Assembly (NCBI RefSeq): GCF_006345805.1 | Contig: NC_042999.1 | Location: 54,560,001 to 54,624,000 of the forward strand | Length of the DNA: 64,000 nucleotides | Direction: 5' to 3' | DNA from: Octopus sinensis | Lineage: Eukaryota | Part shown: positions 1-13,441 of the stretch, piece by piece | Position numbering within the stretch: the stretch's first letter is position 1 | How the letters are laid out: every line of letters begins with the position of its first letter | Notes under the pieces: model-generated | Told to the model about the DNA's origin: nothing | Database searches by the model: none | The model's input: the letters and a program-made list of their open reading frames with translations, nothing else | Program-made: the position numbers and the translations under genes

Positions 1-163
1 GGAGGCCGTGGATGAAGTCAATGGCGATTTTATTGAATAAATTTACTCTTTAGTATTTCAAGATATGTTAATGCAATTTTGGTAAATATATCTGTTAAAA
101 TGAAATATCAGTGTTATTTTCATATTTGCGTAATTTAGACGACAGTTTATTCACCGCACCCTG
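1..163 (+). mobile_element. 3' end of a Tc1/mariner (maT/DD37D-like) element
   Basis: Closely similar to ~7838-7990; encodes ...EVNGDFIE*; ends in TIR ...ttattcaccgcaccctg followed by TA. Confidence 0.85.
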
Positions 164-1217
164 TATATGCACACACACACACACACACATTGTCACAGAC
201 CTTTCCCTGCGGCAGGGTTTTAACAAGTGACGCGGCACTACGTTGGAGATACTATGGTGGAGACACCAACGTAGCCTCGCACCAAAATGACGGAAACTCT
301 AGAAAAGAGCGAAATATTAATTAGTGGTTGATTAATGTTTAATTAATAATTCTGTCAATTATTTGAAATATAATTTTTTTTTTTAAGATTATTAAGTAAA
401 ATTGTTTAGAACAGGTCCACCAAGTCCGTCAGAATGCTGTCACCCTATCAGGTGACAGTTATATAATTAACATAATGATCAGTTAATTATATATTATTAC
501 CTTATCATCGCCAATTTCCCCTTTCTACTTCTGCAAATTAACAGAGACCAACAGACAGACACAGCATCGGTCATATTTTGTCATTCTACCAAATTATTGG
601 CAGCCACATTACAGGCTTCTGCTTGTTATTGTGGATGATGATGTTGATTCTAATGCTAGGCGGCCATATGAACACCTCTGTTTTTTAATGTTCTGGCAAA
701 GTGCATTTAGAACTACATAATCCAAGATAACTTCTCGTCCTCTTTAGTAGAGTGTACTTTGGGGGAGTTGGCTGCTATTTCTCTCATATCAAGTAGCCAC
801 GAAGAGACTTCTTCCTTTGATTATCAAAGTAGAATATATTCGTTATCAGTGAAGACGGTGAATTGGCAAAGTTGTTAGTGTTTGATTCTCCGTTATCTGA
901 GTTCAAGCCCTGCAGAGGTCAACTTCGCTTTTCATCGTTTCGGGATCAATAAATAAAGTACGAATGCAGAGCAGTGGATTGGTGGATTGGCGGGAGACTG
1001 TCCTGACTCTTAAGGTTCGAAAACAACATTTGCCACGAATTGTATTGACTCAAGTTAGGAACAACAGCAACGAGAAGAACAAATTTAACCCAATCGAGGG
1101 CATTCGGACGTGATAAGAGCTTTCGCTGCGGAGATATGGCTTTACACGTATATTTTTTCTCAACGCTGCATCGTGCGATATTATATATACTTATGGATGT
1201 ACGTATGTATGTATGAA

Positions 1218-2035
1218 TGTCATTATTCAATTTTATTTCAAGATTTCTTGCTAATAGAGAAAAAGGAAGTTTCTAACACAGATTCAAGGTTCCTTCATTG
1301 GAATTTCAACATCAACAACAGGGTATTTTTGTATGTATGTATGTATGTATGTATGTATGTATGTATGTATGTATGTATGTATGTATGTATGTATGTATGT
1401 ATGCATGCATGTAAGTAGGTGCAGATTTGTACGTATGTATGTGCAGATTTGTATGTATGTATTCTCATGCATATCTAGACATGATCATATATATTTAAAT
1501 GATAAACTTCTGGAAAGTTTTACAGATTTTTACAGTTCCAGTGATGGATTGGCTCTGTAGTCTTCGAATTGGTTTTCTCCTTCCTGCTTTTGAGAAGCCT
1601 AATTTCTCAAGATTAGTATTTAGGCAGTGTGTTACATATCTCAGGGCCCCAATAATAACAGGTATAAATCTGGATAGAGTAACTGAAGATTTCCCAGTAG
1701 TTCAACATAGGTGTTCTCTTTTCCACTGATCTTCAGCTTTATGCTAACATCCGTTGAGCAGTTAATTTCCACAACTGTGCACAGTTTCTCCTCTCTATCC
1801 CAAATCATTATATTAGGTCTGTGGTGCTCACGCTTTATCGAGGTCTTCACTGGTACGTTCCACCAGTATTCCTTTTTATTATGAGTGGTTATGGCTTCTA
1901 CCATACTGTTGATACTTATTTCTTTATCCTCGGGCTTATCCTTTCGACGGACCCACTTCGTTATACAGTGTCCTAACTACAACATCATGCTTCATCGGTA
2001 GATAATACCGCGATGACATTTTCGGACAATTGCTT
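1218..2035 (-). mobile_element. 5'-truncated REL-endonuclease LINE (R4/Dong-like), 3' end in (CATA)n
   Basis: Decayed ORF YWWNVPVKTSIKREHHRPNIMIWDREEKLCTVVEI..KENTY resembles the REL RPD..E..K..Y motif; both ends abut (CATA)n; the 3' UTR recurs at 6836-7040 and 59460-59610. Confidence 0.75.
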
Positions 2036-2091
2036 ATGTATGTATGTACGTGCGTACGTATATATATGTGTGTGTACGTGCATGCGCACGC

Positions 2092-2137
<46 letters not shown>

Positions 2138-2368
2138 TTATTTTAAGTTATAATACATTAAACTGAAGGATTCTTCGATAATTTTGCAGAGTATAAAATT
2201 ATTGTTCTTTAACAAGAATAGCATTGACAGCGACTTCCAAATTTTGGCAAACTAAACAATCATCGGGCAGTCCGATGATGGCTTAATGGGACGAGATTTG
2301 ATAGTTACTGGCAGTACCATTCTTGTTAAAGAATTATATATAGATAGATATACACAAAAACACATACG

Positions 2369-2401
<33 letters not shown>

Positions 2402-2429
2402 ATGTATGTATGTATGTATGTATGTAAAG

Positions 2430-2627
2430 TTAATCCAAACAAAGCACAGAAAAACACAACAACGCGAGAACGTGGAACAAATATAGTATTATTGGACGCT
2501 CAGGAAAGAAGGAGGGTTTAACGTTTCGAGCGGAGCTCTTCGTCGGAAACATAGGAGAAGGAAAGATCCAGAGAAGGGAAGACAGAGGGAAAAAATCGCC
2601 AACGGTACACACGCGGTCACATTTTGA
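2430..2627 (-). mobile_element. Penelope-derived short element with minimal hammerhead motif
   Basis: Minus strand 2516-2550 reads GTTT-CCGACGA-A-GAGC-tcc-GCTC-GAAAC-GTT-AAAC; embedded in (TATG)n. Confidence 0.65.
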
Positions 2628-2694
2628 AATATGTATGTATGTATGTATGTATATAGTTGTATGTATGTATATAGTTGTATGTATGTATATAGTT

Positions 2695-2850
2695 GAAGTT
2701 TACAGAAAAGCAAAAGACGAAGACAGGTGTATAAAAAATAAACAGGTGTATTCGTTTGATGCTCGGGAAGGTGAGAAAGTATTTTACGTTTCAAGCCAAC
2801 GTTTTTCAACAGAACGGTACGCGAGGAAATAAACAGAGAGAGAATGAAAG
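2695..2850 (-). mobile_element. Related Penelope-derived short element, degenerate hammerhead
   Basis: Minus 2782-2814 reads tt-CTGTTGA-a-aaacgttggctt-GAAAC-GTA-aaa; same layout as 2430-2627; a truncated relative lies at ~49225-49310. Confidence 0.5.
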
Positions 2851-2851
2851 A

Positions 2852-2942
<91 letters not shown>

Positions 2943-3574
2943 GAGAGAGAGAGGACCTATACCTTAAGTGTAAAGTGAAGACAGTAAGAGACTGGTAAAG
3001 CAAATTACAAATGACTAACAGAAAAAGTATTGCTCTTTATTTCCCAAGAAAAATTTTAAACTTTAAGACTTGGCCACGGAGGTCTATGATTTGGCTGTTG
3101 TTTCTAGCGGGTCGAGTTACTATGTCAAAGTTCCCTTCTTGATTTGTTATTCTCAAATTGAAGAAATCTTTTTGCTCGACAATTGAAATAAACGTCTACC
3201 ATGTCACGTGTTCTGGTCAGATGTTACTGATGACGTACTTTGGTTACTATGGTTGCTATTGTTTAATGTCACCGAGATTACTGGTATCATTGACTAACAA
3301 CACAATACATGGTATTATTATTGTTGTTGTTGTTATTGTTGTTCTTTGTTATTAATTTCTGAAAATGAAAGCCGACAACAATACTTGCAGTTCGTTCTTA
3401 CACAATCAACGCTACACAATGAAAATATGCTTTACAATGGTCGCAGGAATTCGTGTTGTAGTTGCTGCAGCTGGTGGTGGTGGTGGTGGTGGTAGGGAGT
3501 ACAGATCTACAGCTGTTGGTGATTGTGTTGATGATGGCAGTGATGGTAAAGGTGCTGGTGATGGTGGCGTTGGT

Positions 3575-3940
3575 GCGGTGGGGGCCTAGTTAGAACTTTC
3601 TTCAGGTTGAGTAGCCCCCATCCCGCTCAAAAGGTCCCTGAACAAGGGTTGTGTAAGGATGTTGAACGAAACACCCAGGTTTCCAAAAGTGAATTATCCA
3701 AACCCCAAATAATTCCTCTCAACACATGGCTATGATGCTCCCCCACTACTTCTGCTCGTGATCAGTAAGGAAGGGACATGCCCGACTGGTTAAGGTCAAA
3801 CAACCGACAAACAGATTGAGAAGAATGTTTTCTGTAGCCCTTCTTTTACACCAAGACAAAACAATGCACAGGATAACACTTCCAATCAGTTGAGATCAAA
3901 AGCCATGAGAGTCACTGTCTGGTATTGCATCAGGGTATTT
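3575..3940 (+). mobile_element. Partial copy of ~550-bp non-coding repeat 'D'
   Basis: Aligns with ~13610-13991 (ggggcccagttagaa...ggtactgcatcaggg). Confidence 0.8.
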
Positions 3941-4140
3941 ACGTCGGGCGAAATTCTTAGCGGTATTTCGTTTGCCCTTACGTTCTGAGTTCAAATTCGG
4001 CCGAGGTCGACTTTGCCTTTCATCCTTTCGGGGTCGATAAATAAAGTACCAGTTTCGCACTGGGGTCGATGTAATCGACTTAATCCCTTTGTATGTCCTT
4101 GTTTGTCCCCTCTTTGTTTAGCCCCTTGTGGACAATAAAT
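3941..4140 (+). mobile_element. SINE family B (5'-truncated, tail type 1)
   Basis: B-box-like gagttcaaattc; core gcctttcatcctttcggggtcgataaa; tail tttagccccttgtggacaataaa. Confidence 0.85.
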
Positions 4141-4143
4141 ATA

Positions 4144-4189
<46 letters not shown>

Positions 4190-4898
4190 GTTGTTGTTGT
4201 TGTTTTTATTACACTTCCGTTATTTCTGGACTTTCTAGTTTTTGTCGTCATAGTCGTCATTGTATTCGTCATCGTATTCGTCATCATGATTATCATCATC
4301 ATCATCATCAACAACAATAATAACGTCGATGTCGTTATCATTGCAATCATCGTTACTCTACGCTTGCATTTCTTTTTCTTTGTTATTTTGTTCTCTTGAA
4401 AGCTATTTGGGAAAGACACAGATATGATGCTCGTCTGTTTCTATGAGATCCAGAGACAAACAGACAGATAGAATAAAGGGATACTTTTTATACGTCGTCC
4501 TGCTCTTCCTCCGCCCGCTTCTTCCTCACTGTGACGATTCCAACCTGGACATGTCACAGCTATACGTCCCACCCATCCTCATTAGGAACATTGGGTGACG
4601 AGGTTCTTCATCTCTACCAGTCACTTGTAACTGACAAACTGGCTGCTTCTCAGAATCATGACAATGGGTGCAGAGAAGGGGGAGGTCATGGGGATGGGAT
4701 TATAGTGTCCGGTTGATCCACCACCACCCAACCATTATGGATTATCATTTAACCCGTCAAAACAGACTGGCTTTTGGATTTTTGAAAGTGTCCTCACACA
4801 AACCACTCGGTCATGTGGGTCCTGATTATGGTGCCAAGTGAAATAAGCATTGGGGGTGCTTTGCTCCACGCAGAAACGGCAGGAATTACTCAGATGTA

Positions 4899-5104
4899 CA
4901 GTAATCCGTCGACTATCGCGGGTAATACGTTTCAAAACCTCTCACAGAAATAATTAAAATCTAAAAAAATATAAATGCCTATCGACCGCAGAAACCCGCG
5001 ATGTACTGAAAAGTCCACGATATAAATTTACAAGCATTAGCCAGAAAAATCCGCGATGTACTGAGTGCGCGATACGTGAACCGCGATATGGTGAGGGATA
5101 ACTG
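4899..5104. mobile_element. Tigger/pogo-like MITE
   Basis: TIRs cagtaatccgtcgactatcgcgg / ccgcgatatggtgagggataactg; TA on both sides. Confidence 0.8.
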
Positions 5105-5630
5105 TATTCCAAAATCTTCTCTAATTCCATCGCAATATCGGAAATTCTTCTGTATCATCAGCAGCTCACTCAGAGCCACAAACATTTCGCCCCTCAGCCT
5201 GTGCACTTCGTCTCAGTGGAACAGCGAGGACAGAATTAAGATTTGTTTGCGAAAGGGTTCCACCTGCGGTCTGTTGTCAGCCACAATCACCTTCATTTGG
5301 CTTTAGCTGCCGTGCCTATCACCCTGGGGGTTTTCTTCAGCACCCTGGGTACCAGACCTATATTCTGCAGGAAGTTTTCTCGGACCTTTTCTTTGTCAGA
5401 TTTTTATGTAACACCCTAACCTATTAATTAAACATCCTTACTAGAAAGGCACAGTTTTAAGGCACTGAATTCCTACCCCTTGTCAGAGCGTCATCAATAC
5501 GACGGACCACAGCATCTGCTCTAACAGTAGCACGCGGGAGGATAAGTGGATTTGTCTGGGAGAAGCTAAGGCATTATGCTTGCGTAGTGTGCAGTGTTAA
5601 TATATGCAACACTAGACCTTACAAGACCCC

Positions 5631-5662
<32 letters not shown>

Positions 5663-6144
5663 TTCTATTTTTCTCCCTCTCTTTAAATAACAATGCGTGT
5701 GTGTGTGTCTTCAATACTGTAGGAATGAGCCGTTACTAACGGTTTTTCGATCCCTGTATTCGGACAACTTTCAAAAATGAGAAACTACGTAGCGTCTCAA
5801 ATTCCTTTCGGTGACCGTGGATGAATGGATGGATAGACAGACAGACAGATCGCATAATATTTCTGTACTTCACAATAACACCCTCACTTAAATTGCTACT
5901 CCATTACAACTTTCAGTTCTTTTATATCTCTTTTTTGATTCATCTTCTTTTTAACCCTCCACCCCATCCGAAGGGGACCTCAGACCGGAGATTTATTGTT
6001 CATACATTGTTCTATGATGAATCGAGCTCAAAATTCTGTAAAGATTATCTGGAAAAACGAAAAGTGGCGCTTTTCAAATCAAAGAACTGCTGGAAATTAT
6101 AGGCAAACGTGTATATATTCATACATGCAAACATATATATATAT

Positions 6145-6517
6145 AGGCGTAGGAGTGGCTGTGTGGTAAGTAGCTTGCTTACGAACCACATGGTTCTAAC
6201 ATTGCCTCGGGCTGACCAAAGCCTTGTGAGTGGATTTGGTAGACGGAAACTGAAAGAAGCCTGTCGTATATATGTATATATATATATGTGTGTGTGTGTT
6301 TGTGAGTCTGTGTTTGGTCCCCCCAACATCGCTTGACAACCGATGCTGGTGTGTTTACGTCCCCATAACTTAGCGGTTCGGCAAAAGAGACCGATAGAAT
6401 AAGTACTAGGCTTACAAAGAATAAGTCCAGGGGTCGATTTGCTCGACTAAAGGCGGTACTCCAGCATGACCACAGTCAAATAACTGAAACAAGTAAAAGA
6501 GTAAAGAGTAAAAGAGA
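6145..6517 (+). mobile_element. SINE family A (tRNA-derived, internal TA/TG microsatellite), internally deleted
   Basis: A-box-like tggctgtgtggtaag; body shared with ~12 copies; tail (aagagta)n. Confidence 0.9.
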
Positions 6518-6518
6518 G

Positions 6519-6835
<317 letters not shown>

Positions 6836-7040
6836 AAAAATCTGTAGAACTTTCCCGAGGTTTATCATTTAAATATCTATAAGCATGTCTAGATATGCAA
6901 CTATATGCATGAGACTACATATATAAAGCAATACATGCATACAAAAATACCTGTTGTTGGTGTTGAAATTCCTTGGATCTAGGTTAGAAAACGGCTCTTT
7001 CTCTATTGATAAGAAATTTTGAAATAAAACTGAACAATAT
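6836..7040 (+). mobile_element. 3' UTR fragment of the (CATA)n-associated REL LINE
   Basis: Reverse complement of ~1218-1530; followed by catacatac. Confidence 0.75.
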
Positions 7041-7097
7041 CATACATACATGTGTGTGTATATGTGTGTATATGTGTGTGTATGTGCATATATATAT

Positions 7098-7138
<41 letters not shown>

Positions 7139-7170
7139 TGTGTATTTATATATGTATGTAGAAACATATA

Positions 7171-7990
7171 CAGCGTTGGTGTGTAAATTGTCGCCATTTT
7201 ATATTTATAATTTTGCGCATGTGCTTTGATTGTTTTTTAATTCTGTCGACTACACAATATAGCAGGGTCAGTTGGGCACCGTTTGTGACAAAAACAGCAC
7301 AATGGCGCAATTTACTCTGCCAGAAATTTTCGAAACGACATCTTGTACTGCTTAGAATTCGGGCCGGGAAACTCCAATACGAACAATTCAGAGTGTTTGA
7401 GTGTCCATCCGAGAACAGTGCAATCTGAGGACATGTACCGAAAGTGATGCAAATCAAGCATCCAGTCAACATCATGGTGTTTGGAAGGATCACTAGTGAT
7501 AGCAGCGACGTTATGCTTCTATTCATCTTCCCACACGGCCTCAGACTCAACATGGAGGTCTACATCGAGTGCCTGGAGGAGGTAGCGTTGCCCTGGGTGA
7601 AAAGGGGTGGGTGCTGGAAGACCCATGTCTGGCAACAGGACTCTGCGCCATGCCGTACAGGCAGGAGAACCCACTCATGGCTGTCAGACAATTTCTGTGT
7701 GGGGCGCATTTGAGCGAGAGACCAACAAAATTCCTTGTAACACCAAAGATGAACTGAAGGCAAGGATTATGGCAGCATTCACCAACTTAAACAAGGAGAT
7801 CGTCCAGAAGCATTGCAAGAGATTCCGAAGTCGTCTGGACGCCGTTGTTGAAGCCAATGGCGATTTTATTGAATAAATCTACTCTTTAGTATCTCAAGAT
7901 ATTTTAATGTAAATATAACTGTTAAAATGAGATGTCAGTGTTATTTTCATATTTGCGTAATTTAGACGACAATTTATTCACCGCACCCTA
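7171..7990 (+). mobile_element. Internally deleted Tc1/mariner element (maT/DD37D-like transposase pseudogene)
   Basis: Imperfect TIRs cagcgttggtgtgtaaattgtcg / cgacaatttattcaccgcaccct with TA flanks; peptides KHPVNIMVFG, WQQDSAPC, CKRFRSRLDAVVEANGDFIE; third catalytic D region deleted. Confidence 0.85.
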
Positions 7991-8002
7991 TATATAAAGA
8001 CT

Positions 8003-8225
8003 TTCTCTTTACTCTTTTACTTGCTTCAGTCATTTAACTGCTGCCATGCTGGAGCACCGCCTTTAATCGAGCAACTCGACCCCGGGACTTATTCTTTTGT
8101 AAGCCCAGTACTTATTCTATCGGTCTCTTTTGCCGAACCGCTAAGTAACGGGGACATAAACACATCAGCATCGGTTGTCAAGCAATGCTAGGGGGACAAA
8201 CACAGACACACAAACACGCACACGC

Positions 8226-8256
<31 letters not shown>

Positions 8257-8410
8257 CGACGGGATTCTTTCAGTTTCCGTCTACCAAATCCACTCACAAG
8301 GCTTTGGTCGGCCCGAGGCTATAGTAGAAGACACTTGCCCAAGGTGCCACGCAGTGGGACTGAACCCGGAACCATGTGGTTGGTAAACAAGCTACTTACC
8401 ACACAGCCAT
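8003..8410 (-). mobile_element. SINE family A
   Basis: Near full-length reverse copy with B-box-like gggttcagtcc and ccttgggcaagtgtctt core. Confidence 0.9.
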
Positions 8411-8676
8411 ACTTACATACATACTTATATGCATACATACATATATACATACATACATACATGCAGTGTAGGGAAAGAGGATGTAAGATAGAAGGCGGAA
8501 CACGTCCACGTCGTAATATTTTATGTCAACAGCTAAGAATTGATATGAAATACTAGCAGCAGCAATAGCATTAGTAGTAGTACATAAGAACAATATATAT
8601 GTTTGTGCGTATATGTGTGTGTATGTGTGCATGGCTCCTGGTTGTCTGTATGTGTGTATATACATACGTGTGTGTA

Positions 8677-8729
<53 letters not shown>

Positions 8730-9789
8730 GCAAGGTTCCCTAATTGGATGGTACATGTCAGCAATGTGGCAACACCTTTGTGTTTTCTGTCATTTCTGTG
8801 AAAATTACTTCATATCTATGATTAGTGCTACATAATGACGTGTGTGTGTGTGTGTGTGCGTGCGTTGAGTCATTATTGTTTGTGGCAGGAAACAACGTTC
8901 CGTTTAGCGAAACTAACAAATCGGATAAGAAGGCTTAGGAGAAGAATTATCACCAAACATATGTTTTAAATGATAGGAAAACGCACAGCAGAAATCTTAC
9001 ACACACACACTCACACACAAACACACACACACACGCACGCACGCACGCACGCACACGAACAAACCCACAGACTCTCATACACACACACAACCGTACACTG
9101 ACACACGCACAAGTGACGGTTAAAAAGAGATATACCTTGCCCCCAAGTTGTTTCGGGTTCGATCTTTCTGTGCAACACCTTGGCCCATCGTTGTTTAACA
9201 GCATTATAGGTCCTTAATGCCCTATATTACCGCCCCCTACAATCATAACCACGCCTACATAGATTTGGTTATGACCCTTAGAACCGTCCGACCCTGTGCA
9301 AATGGCCGATGTATCGAAGGCCTAAGACGGCACTGCCCTGGGACAAGTATCTTCTACAAGTTGCAGTCTCGGAGCGATCAAAGTGAAACCTTTGTTGACA
9401 AACCCTCGAAGAGAGTCGAGAAGAGAGTTCCTGTTATGAAGGTCGATTTAATGATTTATGGTTTAACATCGCCAAAAGCTGGTTCTTGGCACCTTTAGCT
9501 GGGCCCATTAAGTTGCAAATATTAAACACGGAGCCACCCCAAACACAAACATCCTGGAAAAGATCTGAAAGCATAGCTCTTCCTCCTATGAGTCAACTAT
9601 TAATCCTTTGCCCTTTTCCTGTGCATTACTTGTCATACACGGCATATTTTCCTGGCGTCTATGCATCATAAATGATAGACATTCCTAATTTTTCAACCAC
9701 CAGAGAAACTTGAAACTTACGATTGTAAAACTTCATATTACTCAGAACGGATGAAAGAAGGACTAATGTATCTCTATAAATATATGCAT

Positions 9790-10040
9790 GTGGAGGTGCG
9801 TGGCTTAGTGGTTAGGGTGTCAACATCATGATCGTAAGATTGTGGTTTCGATTCCTGGACTGGGCGACGCGTTGTGTTCTTGAGCAAAACACTTCATTTC
9901 ACGTTGCTCCAGTCCACTCAGCTGGCAAAAATGAGTAACGCTGCGATGGACTGGCGTCCGGTCCAGCTGGGGAACATATACACCACTGAAACCGGGAAAC
10001 CGAGTCCATGAGCCTGGCTAGGTTTTAAAAGGGCGCAAGT
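9790..10040 (+). mobile_element. SINE family C (tRNA-derived)
   Basis: A box tggcttagtggttagg; B box gtttcgattcc; central gtgttcttgagcaaaacactt and gcgatggactggcgtcc; related copy at 22138-22360. Confidence 0.8.
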
Positions 10041-10954
10041 AAGTATGCATGTAGTGTGTAGTCTGTGATACACAGCGCTACAAGCATAAATGTTTAGGAG
10101 AAATTTATGAAAATGCTTTGGATAGTTAAAGGGTTAAAAAAGATTACAACTTAACAAAAAGTAATATATGCAGAGAAAAGATCAAAGTCAGATTCTTATT
10201 CGTTTACTGAAGATAAAAAAGGTTGAGGTATTGCCGTGTGGTTAGAAAGTTGGCAACCACGTGAATTGGCGTTCGATCTCTCAGTATGGTTCTTTGTGTA
10301 ATTGTTTCTTGCCATAACCTCGGATTAACCAAAGTCTTGTGGATGGAATTTGGTGAATAGAAACTGTGGAAGTCGACCGTAAATATCATTGCTGTTCTTG
10401 GGCGTTACATCTAATTTGTCACCTACTTTAATGTCATTATGTGACCTTTTAGTGTGACCTCAGTCTGAAATATTCGGCCCAGGAGTCTGGAGTAAGGATA
10501 ACTTCTTCACCCTGCCTCCCACCCAGAACCCAATGACCACGAACACTACTTTTTGTTCTGTGATTAAGCGATAACACAACTGTCTTTAATACCAAGTGAT
10601 ATTAAAACAAGAAGATTCGGCAAATGAGAAAAAAATATCGAGAAATATTTCTCTTACAATAAATGTTACTGGACAGTAGACTGGCGGTATCGTTAGAGTT
10701 TTCGGACAAAACACTCTGAAGTATTTCTTCCGGCTCTTTACATCGCGAGTTCAATTTCTGTGCAGGCCAACTTCACTTGTCATCCCTCAGTGGTCGATAA
10801 AATAAAGAACCAGTCAAATACTGAGAATGTGTTAATCTCAAACACCTTTCTTCAAATCTCTGACCGTGTGCCTATCTCAGAAAGAACTAGTTTTAGTAAT
10901 GTTATAGTTGCTGTTGTTGTTGGTGTTGATGATGATTGTGGTGGTCGTGGTGGT

Positions 10955-11273
10955 GGCAATTCTGTATTCTGGAGTGCTGTTCTGGCAACTCTATATTCTG
11001 GAGTTTTGTTCTGGCAATTCTGTATTCTGGAGTGGTGTTCCGACAATTCTGTATTCTGGAGTAGTGTTCTGGCAATTCTGTATTCTGGAGTGGTGTTCTG
11101 GCAATTCTATATTCTGGAGTAATGTTCTGGCAATTCTGTATTCTAGAGTGGTGTTCTGACAATTCTGTATTCTGGAGTAATATTCTGGAAATTCTGCATT
11201 CTAGAGTGGTGTTCTGGCAATTCTGTATTCTGGAGTAATATTCTGGCAGTTTTATATTCTGGAGTGGTGTTCT
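10955..11273. repeat. 29-bp minisatellite, 11 units (ggcaattctgtattctggagtggtgttct)
   Basis: Unit starts at 10955, 10984, 11013, 11042, 11071 and so on; constant 29-bp period, no spacers. Confidence 0.95.
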
Positions 11274-12319
11274 GGTGTTCTACTTTCTAATGTAACAGGG
11301 ACGAGTCATCACATTGATTAAAAACTTAAATAAATATATATACTTCGACGGAGACAAACTAAAGTACCAGTTATATGCTGGATGCCACTCAAAGAACGAA
11401 AGTCATGTGTTCATCATCGTCATCATCATCAACATCCTCATCTTGTCCAATATGTCCTTCCCTTATTTTTAAGACGGTAGTGTCTGATATGAGAAATTTG
11501 ACAGCTACTTTTAGCAGGTCAAGTACTTGTATAAGAGGTCCCACCGTTTTGTTGTTGTTGTTGTTGTTGTTGTTTGCAACTTCCCCGTCAACATCCTCGT
11601 TGCCATAGTAACTATCATTATTACTGTTGTTGCTGTCGTCGTTTTAATCACTATTACCATGGTAACCATTACAAGTCAGTAAGACTTGTGACTAAGTTGT
11701 TGCTGTTATTGCTTTTGTTGTTCTTGTGGTGGTGGCGGAGGCGGCAGCGGCGCCACAGTGGTCGTCGTCGTTGTTGTTTATAATCATTAATGACTCTCGT
11801 AATCATCCCCTCGCGAACAACTTGTCTAAGTCCATCGTGTAATTCTCGACTGTGTAATTAGCACCACCCCCCCCCCCCACACACACACACAATTCCCAGC
11901 AATTAAATCCGGCGCCACAATAGGAGTGAAGCAAAATAAAATAGAATAAAAACTGGCGGTGATTATGGTTAAGATTTCCTGACATCGCGGTTAGGTGGGT
12001 GTTCAGATGAATCGGTTCGAATTTAGAGAAAAACTGAAACAATTCGAGCAATATCAAATGGTCAAGCGAGTGCCACCATGAGGCAGAGGCCCACTGGGCA
12101 GATATCCGGCGGGGGACGGGAGGAACGAGTCTAAGAGGGGCCGTTGTTAATGTGTGTTGTGTATGAAGAAGCTTCATTGCAGGGCTTCACCTTCGAGGGC
12201 CTATAATCCTGTTAAAACGGCACTAGTCTAAACTTGTCATATAAAATGTACATCATATATTAGCTGATGATTTTTAACATAAGTTAATTTACTAAGAAAC
12301 ATGATGACGATGATGATTC

Positions 12320-12775
12320 TTTTAATAGCCACAAGGGCTCACGTACAAAACATTAATTGACATACAACAACACAGACAAAAACAGGACGATACAATGGGT
12401 TTTCATCATGTATACAATGTAATAACAATAAAAATTGAACAAATTAAAACTCCCAATAGGGGAGGCGCTTTAAAGTCCTCGTGGAAAACCCCACAAAGGC
12501 CACGGGTGCCTGAACAACAGGGCAAGAGCCTTTCTCCTTTTTTTTTTATAGGTGCACGCTCAGAATTGGTCCTTTCACACTGGCCGTTCTTCCTATATTC
12601 ACCTACCTTTCAACAAACTTGCTAGAAGGCAACACTTCCCTCTCTACCCTCCAATCCCTTTTCAAGTGAAACTTGAAAAAGTGGATGGGGGCTTGGCCAA
12701 AGAGGAAAGTGTCTGTCTTTAGCCCTTTCAAACGGGTCCACCATACTACCTCTTTTGCTACAGCCACTAGACAAG
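12320..12775 (-). mobile_element. Tx1/L1-clade LINE ORF2 C-terminus and 3' UTR
   Basis: CLVAVAKEVVWWTRLKG...GPILSVHL*; 3' UTR homologous to 56915-57240. Confidence 0.7.
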
Positions 12776-12794
12776 TAAGAATTGCCTGCCCCTC

Positions 12795-13228
12795 CCGACA
12801 GAACGATCCAGGTTAATCGACCAGACATAATTATTAAAGACGGAGAAGAGAATACTTGTACACTAATAGATGTAGGTATTCCCACTGATAAAAAATACAT
12901 CTGTAAAGAAATTTGACAAACTAAGTGAATATAAGGAGCTGCAAATTGAAATACAAATGATGTTGCTTCTTAAAGCTAGAATTGTTCCAGTTAATGTAGT
13001 TGCCCTTGATATGATAAAAAAAAGGGATGTCAGAAGCATCTAGATATAGGAGAAAAGCCTATCTGTTTAAATGTCTGTGTTGTATTAAATGAAGATATTT
13101 CTCTACTTCCCCTCCTCAAACTTTCGGTCATACTGTAACATCTCTTATCCTTCACTCGCACCAGGACACTGGGTGTGTCTCGGCAACTGACTGTAACAAA
13201 CATGCAGATTAAAATTAAAAATAATAAT
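12795..13228 (+). mobile_element. R4/Dong-like LINE 3' fragment
   Basis: DRTIQVNRPDIIIKD..LIDVGIP..KLSEYKEL REL motif; ends in aataataat. Confidence 0.8.
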
Positions 13229-13371
13229 ACATTATTTACATTTGACGGTTATTGTCCTCATCTTGTTTGTTCTTAACACAACGTTTCGGCTGATATACCC
13301 TCAAACCTTCACCAGGTATCTTGGAGAAATTTCGAACCTGGGTTTTCATTCTTAAGGCATTTTTTCGATGC

Positions 13372-13441
<70 letters not shown>

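Noticed and set aside
191-608. Solo LTR (TG...CA)
   Set aside because: No convincing TSD, second copy or adjacent internal sequence.
9790-9865. tRNA gene (also 14040-14136 and 63905-63945)
   Set aside because: A/B-box-like motifs but no complete cloverleaf; they fit SINE heads.
9600-10137. piggyBac-like MITE (TTAA...GGGTTAA)
   Set aside because: TIR match of only a few bases.
10955-11273. CRISPR-like 29-bp repeats
   Set aside because: Units are contiguous with no spacers, there are no cas genes, and the context is eukaryotic.
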